Source of the DNA: an uncultured Actinomycetes bacterium
GTDB taxonomy: Bacteria > Actinomycetota > Thermoleophilia > UBA2241
DNA length: 64,000 nt
Assembly (NCBI GenBank): GCA_963767005.1
Contig: CAVYCN010000003.1
Location: 352,001 to 416,000 of the forward strand
Direction: 5' to 3'
Within the stretch, counting starts at the first letter, position 1. Each line of letters starts with the position of its first letter. The position numbers were made by a program, and so were the translations under genes. The notes beneath the pieces were generated by a model. That model made no database searches. It was not told the origin of the DNA and saw nothing but the letters and a program-made list of their open reading frames with translations. Below, piece after piece: positions 1-9,671 of the stretch.

Positions 1-1185
1 TCAGGCGGTGTCGGGTCCGCCCGATGGAGCCTGCGGCCCCGTCGCGACGGCCGTGTAGCGCGCGGCGGGCCGGACCTCGGTGTCGGCCGGCGCCTCGACG
101 TAGCGCCGCACGACGCGCGGCGCCACGTCGCAGGCGACCTCGTAGTTGATGGTGTCGAGCAGCCGGGCGACGTCCTCGGCGAGGATCCGCTCGCGACCCG
201 ACCGGCCGATGAAGACGACCTCGTCGCCGGCCTGCACCGCGGCCGGATCGTCGGGCAGCAGCACCGTGAGCTGGTCCATGCTGATCGTACCCGTGATACG
301 GCAGCGCCGGCCGGCGATCAGCACGTCGCCGCGGTTGGTGAGCGCCCGCGTGACGCCGTCGGCGTAGCCGATCGGCACGATCGCCAGGCGCGCCGCGCCC
401 TCGGCGACGAAGCGACGGCCGTAGCCCACCGATTCGCCGCGCTCGACCTCGCGGATGCCGGCCACATACGAGGTGAGACGCAGGGCCGGCCGCAGGCCGC
501 GCGGCACCGGGTCGTCGCCGAACGGCGACAGGCCGTAGATCGCGATGCCGGTGCGCACCAGGTCGAAGTGCGTCGCCGGCTCGCGCATGACGGCTGCGCT
601 GTTGGCCGTGTGGGCCACGAGCCGCGGGTAGGCCGCCTTGAGCTCGGCGGCGAGCGCCGTGAAACGCTCGAGCTGCGCCAGGAAGAAGGTGGGGTCGTCT
701 TCGTCGGCGGTGGCGAAGTGGCTCATGAGACCCGACAGGGCGCCGCCGGCCGCCGCGGCGAGGGCGCGGGCGTCGCGCTCGCGCACCCCGAGCCGCCCCA
801 TGCCCGAGTTGAACTTGACGTGGACCCGCACGCGGCACCGCAGCGCTTCGTCGAGAAAGGCCTGCGACCAGACGGCGACGTCGGCGTGCACCCGCGCGGC
901 GCGCGCGAGCTCGCGGCCGGTCAGCGGACCGAACACGAGGATGGGTGCGGCCAGCGCGGCCTCGCGCAGCTCCTCGGCCTCGGCGACGGTGGCCACGCCG
1001 AGCCACGACGCCCCGGCACGCAGCGCGGCCCGGGCGACCGGCACGGCGCCGTGGCCGTAGCCGTTCGCCTTGACCACGGCGCACAGCGAGGCGCCGGGGG
1101 CGAGCAGGCCAGTGAGCGTCGCGACGTTGTGACGGACGGCCGAGAGGTCGACCGTGGCAAGCGCACGCTCCCTGCCGTCGAGCAC
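1..1185 (-). CDS. alr: Alanine racemase
   Basis: AVVKANGYGHG PLP-lysine motif, SHFATAD, RTGIAIYG, IGYADG, ISMDQ. GTG start at 1185 chosen by family N-terminus; TGA at 1-3. Confidence 0.97.
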   Translation of the reverse strand: MLDGRERALATVDLSAVRHNVATLTGLLAPGASLCAVVKANGYGHGAVPVARAALRAGASWLGVATVAEAEELREAALAAPILVFGPLTGRELARAARVHADVAVWSQAFLDEALRCRVRVHVKFNSGMGRLGVRERDARALAAAAGGALSGLMSHFATADEDDPTFFLAQLERFTALAAELKAAYPRLVAHTANSAAVMREPATHFDLVRTGIAIYGLSPFGDDPVPRGLRPALRLTSYVAGIREVERGESVGYGRRFVAEGAARLAIVPIGYADGVTRALTNRGDVLIAGRRCRITGTISMDQLTVLLPDDPAAVQAGDEVVFIGRSGRERILAEDVARLLDTINYEVACDVAPRVVRRYVEAPADTEVRPAARYTAVATGPQAPSGGPDTA

Positions 1186-1186
1186 G

Positions 1187-1702
1187 TCAGATCCCCAGCA
1201 TCCGGACGATGTCGTGCCGCGCGATGATGCCGACCACACGGCCGTCGTCGACGACGGGCACGCGGTCGATCCGTTCGTCGGCCATGATGGTCGCGGCCCG
1301 GCCGACCGGATCGCCGGGCGCGACGGCGAGCACGCGGGTCGTCATGATGTCGCCCACCGTGCTGCCCACCATCTTCCTGAGGCGCTTCTCGAACTTCTTC
1401 TGGCCCCCCAGGAACACGAGGCTGCCGAGCACCTCGACGAAATGCGGAGCCCGCACGTCGGCGTCCTCGACCACGAGGTCGCCCTCGGTCACCATGCCGA
1501 CCAGACGGCCGGCGCCGTCGACGACCGGCACCCCGCCGAGGTCCTTCTCGCGCAGCAGCTGCACGAGCTCGTGCACCGTGGCGTCGGGAGCGATCGTCAC
1601 GACGTTGCGCTCCATGATGTCGGCGGCCTTCGGCTCGCCGCTCCCGCTCGGGTCTGCGCCACGCGGGGCGCCTGCGTCGTCTGTCACCTGGTCACCATCC
1701 AT
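1187..1702 (-). CDS. CBS-pair domain protein
   Basis: Two CBS repeats (ADIMERNVVTI..GVPVVD..LVGMVTEGDL; VGDIMT..RVPVVDDGRVVGIIARHDI). The start could be the GTG at 1687. Confidence 0.9.
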   Translation of the reverse strand: MDGDQVTDDAGAPRGADPSGSGEPKAADIMERNVVTIAPDATVHELVQLLREKDLGGVPVVDGAGRLVGMVTEGDLVVEDADVRAPHFVEVLGSLVFLGGQKKFEKRLRKMVGSTVGDIMTTRVLAVAPGDPVGRAATIMADERIDRVPVVDDGRVVGIIARHDIVRMLGI

Positions 1703-3266
1703 GGTCGTGGTCGTACTCGTCGTCGTGCTCGTGCTCGTCGTCGTCGCCGACCGCCAGGCGCTCGACCGCGAGCGGCAGGAAGTCGAACAGATCGCTTGCG
1801 ATCATGCCCTCGGCGCTCACCGCGGTGTCGACCGCCATGTCGGCCGCCAAGCCGTGCACGTAGCCGCCCAGGCAGGCGGCCTCGGTGGCCGGCAGACCCT
1901 TGGCGAGCTGGCCGACGATGACGCCGGTCAGCACGTCGCCGGTGCCCGGCGTCGCGAGGCCCGGGTTGCCGGTCGGGACGACGAAGGCCGTGCCGCCCGG
2001 GTCGGCGACGATCGTATGCGCCCCCTTGAGCAGCACGGTCGCGCCGCTGCGCCGCGCCGCCTCACGGGCCGCGGCCAGGCGCTGCGCCGCGACCTCGGCG
2101 GCGTCGCGCGCGAGCAGGCGCCCGAGCTCTCCCTCGTGAGGGGTCAGGACGGTCGGCGCCGTACGGCCGGCCAGCAGCTCGAGGTCGGCGCCGAGGGCGT
2201 AGAGCCCGTCGGCGTCGATCACGAGCGGCACGTCGGCGGCCGCTGTGACGAGCTTGCGCACGAGGGCGACGGTGTCGTCGTCACGGCCCATGCCCGGGCC
2301 GAGCGCGGTCGCCTTGAGACGGCCCATCTCGGTGCGCACGGCATCGAGGTCGGCGAGGCCCAGCCGTTCCCGGCCGCCGGCGGCCACGTTGATGACCTCG
2401 AGGTACGGCTTCTCGGACACGAGGTCGGCCGGCAGGATGCAGTGCACGAGGCCGGCCCCTGAGCGCAGCGCGCCGAGCGCCGCCATGGCGGCCGCGCCGC
2501 TCATGCCACGCGAGCCGCCCGCCACGAGCACGGTGCCGACCGAGCGCTTGTGGTCGGCCTCGGTCTTGGGCCGCACCACGAGGCCGACCGCGTCGCTCGT
2601 CAGCGCGAACACGGCGGCCGCTTCGTCGCACGAAGGCGGGATGCCGATCGGCACGACCACGATGTGGCCGGCGCAGCGATCGCCGGGGCTCACGAAGTGA
2701 CCGACCTTGGGAGCGTGCAGCGCGACCGTGAGGTCGGCGAGCACCGCCGGTCCGGCGATCTCGCCGGTCGAGGCGTCGACGCCCGAGGCGATGTCGAGCG
2801 CGACGACCGCGGCGGCCGAGGCGTTCATCTCGGCGATCGCCTCGGCGGCGACGCCGCCGGCCGTGCCGCTGAAACCGGTGCCGAAGACGGCGTCGACCGC
2901 GACGTCGGCGTCGCCGACCGGCCCCACGCCGTCGACGACGTCGACACCGAGCCGTTCGGCGATCTCGAGGTTGAGGAGGGCGTCGCCCTTGTAGGCGTCG
3001 TGGCCGGCGATCGCGAACACGGCCACCTCGACGCCGGCGTTGAACAGCTCGCGGGCGACGACGAAGCCGTCGCCGCCGTTGTTGCCCTTGCCGGCGTAGA
3101 CCACCACGCTCTCGGGCTCGAAGGCGCGCATGAGCTCGCGCGCGACGGCCGCCCCGGCACGCTCCATGAGGTGTCCGCCGGGGATCCCGAGCCCTTCTAT
3201 AGCGGCGGCGTCGGTGGCCCGCATCTCCTCCGCCGTGAAGAGGCCGAGCGACAGCGACTCGAGCAT
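1692..3266 (-). CDS. nnr: Bifunctional NAD(P)HX epimerase/dehydratase
   Basis: YjeF-N motifs (LMERAG, GKGNNGGDG, DAVFGTG, DIASG) and YjeF-C motifs (GPGMG, DADG, TPHEGE, LKG, GTGDVL). GGAGG SD upstream. Confidence 0.95.
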   Translation of the reverse strand: MLESLSLGLFTAEEMRATDAAAIEGLGIPGGHLMERAGAAVARELMRAFEPESVVVYAGKGNNGGDGFVVARELFNAGVEVAVFAIAGHDAYKGDALLNLEIAERLGVDVVDGVGPVGDADVAVDAVFGTGFSGTAGGVAAEAIAEMNASAAAVVALDIASGVDASTGEIAGPAVLADLTVALHAPKVGHFVSPGDRCAGHIVVVPIGIPPSCDEAAAVFALTSDAVGLVVRPKTEADHKRSVGTVLVAGGSRGMSGAAAMAALGALRSGAGLVHCILPADLVSEKPYLEVINVAAGGRERLGLADLDAVRTEMGRLKATALGPGMGRDDDTVALVRKLVTAAADVPLVIDADGLYALGADLELLAGRTAPTVLTPHEGELGRLLARDAAEVAAQRLAAAREAARRSGATVLLKGAHTIVADPGGTAFVVPTGNPGLATPGTGDVLTGVIVGQLAKGLPATEAACLGGYVHGLAADMAVDTAVSAEGMIASDLFDFLPLAVERLAVGDDDEHEHDDEYDHDHGW

Positions 3267-3268
3267 CG

Positions 3269-3690
3269 TCATCCTCCTCCCTTGCCTTCGCTTCCCGGCG
3301 GGCCGTCGCCGGCCGTGTCGCCCACAGCGACGGCCATGGCGTAGGCCATGCCGGCGGTGTGACTCAGGGACAGTTCTACCCTCGTTACGCCCAGTCGTCG
3401 AGCAACCTCGGCGACGTGGCCGTGGAGCGCCACGCGCGGCTGGCCGCCCGACAGCACCTCGATCTCGCGCCAGACGAAGCCGATGATGCCGATGCCGAGC
3501 GCCTTGCCCACCGCCTCTTTTGCGGCGAAGCGCGCCGCGTAGCGCGGGAACGGGTCGGCGAAGCCGTCGGCGTAGGCGCGCTCGTGCGGCGAGAACAGCC
3601 GTTCAGAGGCGCGCGGCAGGCGCTCGAGCAGCCGGCGCATGCGCGCCACCTCGACCGCGTCGGTGCCCACGCCGGTCACGCTTGAGCCGC

Positions 3691-3694
<4 letters not shown>
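3269..3694 (-). CDS. acpS: Holo-ACP synthase
   Basis: GVGTDAVEV, ARFAAKEAVGKALG, LSLSH motifs; overlaps the glmS stop. Confidence 0.95.
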
Positions 3695-5517
<1,823 letters not shown>

Positions 5518-5565
5518 GGAGACCTCGCTTCGCTCGGAAACGGGCGCGCGCGGGACGGGCGACAC

Positions 5566-5710
5566 GTTCGAGCCGTTTTGTCGCCGCCGTTACCGGCGGG
5601 ATTTGTCGGATCGATCACGACCGTGTCGGGCCGGGAGGCATCCGCCGAAGACTTCGATGAACCTCCGCCTCGTCACCCGCCGGCTGACCGCCGGGGGTCT
5701 GGCGCTAGGA
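5566..5710 (-). ncRNA. glmS ribozyme (GlcN6P-activated self-cleaving riboswitch)
   Basis: The minus strand reads UAGCGCCAGACC...UGACGAGGCGGAGGUUCAUCGAAGUCUUCGGCGGAUGCCUCCCGG...ACAAAUCCCGCCGGUAACGGCGGCGACAAA, matching the known glmS ribozyme core. It lies directly upstream of glmS; the predicted cleavage site is between 5706 and 5705. Confidence 0.95.
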
Positions 5711-5808
5711 GATTGCCGGAGCTCGTACCGCGTGGCGAAAAGAGCGCGCCTTGGGCCGTTCGGCGTTCACTCGTGCGTCTCGATCCACCTCCCCGATCGA
5801 CGTCAGCC

Positions 5809-5814
5809 ATTCTA
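5809..5814 (-). promoter_or_regulatory. Putative -10 box (TAGAAT) for the glmS operon
   Basis: TAGAAT on the minus strand about 100 nt upstream of the ribozyme, in a GC-rich context. Confidence 0.5.
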
Positions 5815-5870
5815 CCGTATCGCGCGCAGTCGTGGCGCAGGAGGGCCGCCCTTCGCGGCAGACGCGCCGA

Positions 5871-6347
5871 TCAGGAGCCCGCCTCACCCTCCCAGTAGTC
5901 GACCGCGCTCTCGCGGCGCACCATCAGGTCGTCGTCGCGGTTGCCGGTCCAGATGGCGACCTTGCCGCTGTCGGGGTAGACGGTCGCGGCCGGGTGGCAG
6001 ACCGTCGACCACATGAGGATACGCACTGTCTCGGCCGTCTCGTTGCGCACGCCGTGAGCGCCGGCCGGCCCCGTCGGAAAGCATACGACGTCCCAGGGCT
6101 CGAGGACGTCCTCGCCTTCGGGGTGACGCAGCGTCGGCCGGCCTTCGAGCACGAGCAGCCACTCCTCCTCGGCGTACTCGTAGTGATAGGGGCAGACGGC
6201 CTGACCGGGCGGCAGCTCGTACACGCTCGCGCCGAGCTGGGCCGCACCGAGCAGGGGACCAAAACGGAACGTGCCGCCGCGAAAGCCGGCGGGGTCGTCG
6301 CTGTCGTAGATGAACCGGGGCCGGGCGATGTTGACGTGAGGCGGCAT
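5871..6347 (-). CDS. Cupin domain protein
   Basis: YELPPGQAVCPYHYEYAEEEWLLVLEG..GPAGAH cupin motifs. Confidence 0.9.
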   Translation of the reverse strand: MPPHVNIARPRFIYDSDDPAGFRGGTFRFGPLLGAAQLGASVYELPPGQAVCPYHYEYAEEEWLLVLEGRPTLRHPEGEDVLEPWDVVCFPTGPAGAHGVRNETAETVRILMWSTVCHPAATVYPDSGKVAIWTGNRDDDLMVRRESAVDYWEGEAGS

Positions 6348-6371
6348 GGGCGGGTCATACCCGCCCATGCC
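6343..6371. terminator. 13-bp perfect hairpin after the APC permease, overlapping the cupin start codon
   Basis: ggcatgggcgggt-cat-acccgcccatgcc. Confidence 0.55.
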
Positions 6372-6390
6372 GCCCGCCTGACCGTCAGCG

Positions 6391-7863
6391 TCAGGCGTCG
6401 GCCGTGCTCTCCGACCGACGACCGGCGCCGGCGTCGGGCAGCACCGGGGCGTCGGGGGCGCCGGCGCGGTGCGCGAGCCACCAGCCGACCACCATGCTGA
6501 TCGCCGTGCCGCCGGCCGTGACGATCCAGTACGTCACCTTGGGCGTGCCGTCGGGCACGAGATAGAAGAACAGCACGATGGCGAAGACCACGCCGGCCGT
6601 CGTCAACGCCACGGAGAGCCACGCCCCGGCCCGCCCGCCCGGCACCGTGTAGGGGCGCTTCGTGCCCGGCTGCGAGCGCCGCAGCAGGAGCAGCGCCGGG
6701 AACATGAGCAGGTACGGGAACAGGAAGACGATCGAGCTCAGGGCGAAGATGCTCCAGAACACGCTCTCCCTCGTCGCGAAGAAGGAGTAGTTGATGACCG
6801 TGATGGCGGTCGAGAGCACCCCCATGAGCACGAAGGCGTAGTCGGGCGTGGTGAAGCGCCGGTTGGTGTGGCCGAACACGCCCGGCGCGGCGCGGTCGAG
6901 GCCGGTCGAGGCCATGCTGTGGTTGGCGCCGATCGACCAGGTGACCATGTTGCCGATCAGCGTGAAGAGCAGCAGCACGATGAAGACGTCGTAGACCGTC
7001 CCGGCGGCGCCGCCCAGGACGGCGTGGAACGAGAGCTTCATGGCGTCGGCCATGCCGGTCACGATCGAGAGGTTCTTGAGCGGGATCGCCGCGAGGATGC
7101 CGAAGTTGCCGACGAGCTGGGCCACGACGATGATCACGCCGGCCAGCAGCAGCATGCGGGGGATGTCACGCCGCGGGTTGCGCACCGCGCCGGCCGCCGA
7201 GCTCATGAGTTCGAAGCCCATGAAGTTGTAGACGATGATCGGCAGGAAGCTCCAGTTCGCCCCGAACGACGGCTTCCAGGCCGACGCCGCAAACGAGTTG
7301 GCGAGGCCGTGATGCACGGCGAAGGCGAGGCCCATGGCGCCGAGCATGACGAGCACGCCGACCTTGAGCGCCGCGCTTGCGCTGTTCACCCACTTGCTGA
7401 GCGACAGCGGCAGGACGCCGATCAGCACCACGAGCCAGATGAGGGCGATCACGATGATCTCCGCCCAGGTGTTGCTCATGCCGCCCCAGAAAGCCGCCGA
7501 GAGCGTGCCGGCGAAGATGACGAAGACCGCCGGCGCCCAGTAGGCGACGTTCACCCAGTACAGCCAGGCGGTGAACGTGCCCCAGCGCGGTCCGTAGGCC
7601 TCGCGCACCCAGACGTAGATGCCGCCCTCGTCGGGCCAGCCGCTGCCGAGCTCCGCGGTGATCAGCCCGTAAGGCACGAAAAAGATCACCGCGAACAGGA
7701 TGAAGAGCGTGATGCTCTGGACGCCGATCGCCGACGACGTCGCGACGGTGTCCAGCGTGATCATCGCCGAGACGGCGAAGAGGGTCATCGAGACGATGCC
7801 CATGGTGCGCGGCTGGTCGGCGAGCGTCACCCCGGCCGCGATGCCTCTGCTTTCTGTCGCCAT
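6391..7863 (-). CDS. APC-family amino acid/polyamine permease (AguD agmatine/putrescine antiporter-like)
   Basis: About 12 TM segments; PYGLITAELGSGWPDEGGIYVWVREAYG and FMGFELMS motifs; AGGAGG SD. Confidence 0.88.
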   Translation of the reverse strand: MATESRGIAAGVTLADQPRTMGIVSMTLFAVSAMITLDTVATSSAIGVQSITLFILFAVIFFVPYGLITAELGSGWPDEGGIYVWVREAYGPRWGTFTAWLYWVNVAYWAPAVFVIFAGTLSAAFWGGMSNTWAEIIVIALIWLVVLIGVLPLSLSKWVNSASAALKVGVLVMLGAMGLAFAVHHGLANSFAASAWKPSFGANWSFLPIIVYNFMGFELMSSAAGAVRNPRRDIPRMLLLAGVIIVVAQLVGNFGILAAIPLKNLSIVTGMADAMKLSFHAVLGGAAGTVYDVFIVLLLFTLIGNMVTWSIGANHSMASTGLDRAAPGVFGHTNRRFTTPDYAFVLMGVLSTAITVINYSFFATRESVFWSIFALSSIVFLFPYLLMFPALLLLRRSQPGTKRPYTVPGGRAGAWLSVALTTAGVVFAIVLFFYLVPDGTPKVTYWIVTAGGTAISMVVGWWLAHRAGAPDAPVLPDAGAGRRSESTADA

Positions 7864-7915
7864 TGTGGACCTCCTCTTGCGACCTGCCGTGGTACCCGCC
7901 CGACGACCGCGGCTC

Positions 7916-8962
7916 CTAGCGTACGAGCGCCCGCCCGATGGCGGCGAGCTCGGGGTCGTCGGGCGGTGTGTCGATGCCGATGAGCGCGAGCAGCAGCGCC
8001 TTCTGGAAGTGCTTGCGGTTCTCCGCCTCGTCGAGCACGATCGAGAACGGCGCGTCGAGGATCGCGTCGGTCATCTCCTCGCCGCGCACGGCCGGCAGGC
8101 AGTGCATGAACACCGCTCCCGGCCTGGTGTGACGCCAGAGCGCCTCGTTCACCTGATAGGGCGTGAGCTCGCGGCGCAGCTTGCGCACCTCGTCGTCGGG
8201 CTGCATCCACCACCAGCCGACGGTGAACACGACGTCGGCCTGCGAGACTGCCGCCACCGCGTCGTCTGTCAGCGTGAGGGTCGCGCCGCTGCGCGCGCAG
8301 TTGAGCCGCACGAGGGCGGCCGTCTCGTCGGTCATCTGGTGCCCGGCCGGGCCGGCCATCACCATGCTGCTGCCCAGGCGTGTCATGGTGAGCGCGACGG
8401 AGGTGCCCATCGCGTCAGCGCACTTGCCGACGAAGGCGCAGGTCAGGCCGCTCACCGTACCGAAGCGCTCGCGGATCGTGAGCGCGTCGGTCATCGACTG
8501 CACGGGGTGGTCGTAGTCGTCGGTGAGCCCGTTGATGACGGGCACGGTGGCCGCCGCGGTGAGCTCGGCCAGCGTCGAGTGGTAGGCCGTGCGCGCCATG
8601 ATGGCGTCGACCAGGCGGCTGATCACACGAGCGGTGTCGGCCACCGTCTCGTGGCCGCCCAGGTGGATCTCGCCGGGCCGCAGGTACTGGGCGTGGCCGC
8701 CGAGCTCGGTCATGCCCGCCTCGAAGCTGATGCGCGTGCGGGTCGACGGATGCTCGAAGATCATCGCGAGGGTGCGTCCCTCCAGGAACGGCGTCAGCGG
8801 GCGGCGCCGGTACGCGGCCTTCAGCGCGACCGCGAGGTCGAGCAGGCCGGTGAGCTCCTCGGCCGTGAACTCCTGATCGGTGAAGAAGTGGCGGCCTCGC
8901 AGCGACGCCAGGCTGCCGGGGGCGACCGGCTCGCTCACCGGCCGACGGACTGTCTCGCTCAT
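7916..8962 (-). CDS. Putrescine/ornithine carbamoyltransferase-family protein (PtcA-like, divergent acceptor loop)
   Basis: STRTR carbamoyl-phosphate motif, GGHET..DTARVISRLVD, HPVQ, HCLPA.RGEE, EAENR. Alternative ATG at 8971. Confidence 0.88.
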   Translation of the reverse strand: MSETVRRPVSEPVAPGSLASLRGRHFFTDQEFTAEELTGLLDLAVALKAAYRRRPLTPFLEGRTLAMIFEHPSTRTRISFEAGMTELGGHAQYLRPGEIHLGGHETVADTARVISRLVDAIMARTAYHSTLAELTAAATVPVINGLTDDYDHPVQSMTDALTIRERFGTVSGLTCAFVGKCADAMGTSVALTMTRLGSSMVMAGPAGHQMTDETAALVRLNCARSGATLTLTDDAVAAVSQADVVFTVGWWWMQPDDEVRKLRRELTPYQVNEALWRHTRPGAVFMHCLPAVRGEEMTDAILDAPFSIVLDEAENRKHFQKALLLALIGIDTPPDDPELAAIGRALVR

Positions 8963-8978
8963 GCTCGCCATCACCTCT

Positions 8979-9036
8979 TGGTTAAACGGACATTTATCAC
9001 TGACTCTTATATGACCGTTTAACCAGATGCTGTCAA
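8979..9036 (-). promoter_or_regulatory. sigma70-type promoter with two TetR-like operators
   Basis: TTGACA at 9036-9031 in an AT-rich island. Inverted repeat tggttaaacggacat (8979-8993) / atgaccgtttaacca (9011-9025); each arm sits in a TAAAYG-NN-CRTTTA-like palindrome (8983-8996, 9008-9021). Confidence 0.75.
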
Positions 9037-9065
9037 GCGCTGACCGGCCGGCGAGCGCCTCGTCT

Positions 9066-9671
9066 TCAGTCCCGCGATAGTCCCAGGTAGTGGTCGATGA
9101 CGGCGCGCCAGGCGCGCCAGGCACGGGCGTGGTCGAAGCCGTCGGGGTCGAGCGCGCGCTGGATGGCGAGCCCCTCGACCACCGCGATCGTCACGGCCGC
9201 GAGCGCCTCGGCGTCGTCGAGGTCGGTCGGCGCCGCGTCGAGAAACTCGGCGTCGATGCGCCGGAAGAGGCGATACTCGTCGGCGAAGCGCCGGCGCACC
9301 TCCGGGTCGCGCAGGGCCTGGGGCAGCAGCTCGTAAAGCTGGCGATTCACGCGGTCGCGGGCCGAGACGCGCTCCTGCCAGTCGAGGAAGCGCCGCGTGC
9401 GCAGCGGGCCTTCGGCCTCGTCGCGGACCGTCTCGGCGAGCCCCGCCCCGGGATCATGGAAGACGCCGTCGACGAGCGCGGCGATCAGGCCCGCCTTGCC
9501 ACCGAAGTAGTAGGACACGAGCGCGCGGTTGGCGCCCGACTCGGCTTCGATCGCGGCCATCGTGAGCTCGGCGAAGCCGCGTTCGGCGAGGATCGTCTGG
9601 GCCGCCGCGAGGATGCGCTGGGCCGTCGGCGGCAGTGGTCGGGCGGGGCCGAGTGGCGGCTCGGCGGCTAT
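9066..9671 (-). CDS. TetR/AcrR-family transcriptional regulator
   Basis: RILAAAQTILAERGFAELTMAAIEAESGANRALVSYYFGGKAGL HTH. No ATG/GTG/TTG between the glmM stop and the HTH; an ATA at 9671 behind AGGAG is proposed, so the start is uncertain. Confidence 0.85.
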   Translation of the reverse strand: MAAEPPLGPARPLPPTAQRILAAAQTILAERGFAELTMAAIEAESGANRALVSYYFGGKAGLIAALVDGVFHDPGAGLAETVRDEAEGPLRTRRFLDWQERVSARDRVNRQLYELLPQALRDPEVRRRFADEYRLFRRIDAEFLDAAPTDLDDAEALAAVTIAVVEGLAIQRALDPDGFDHARAWRAWRAVIDHYLGLSRD

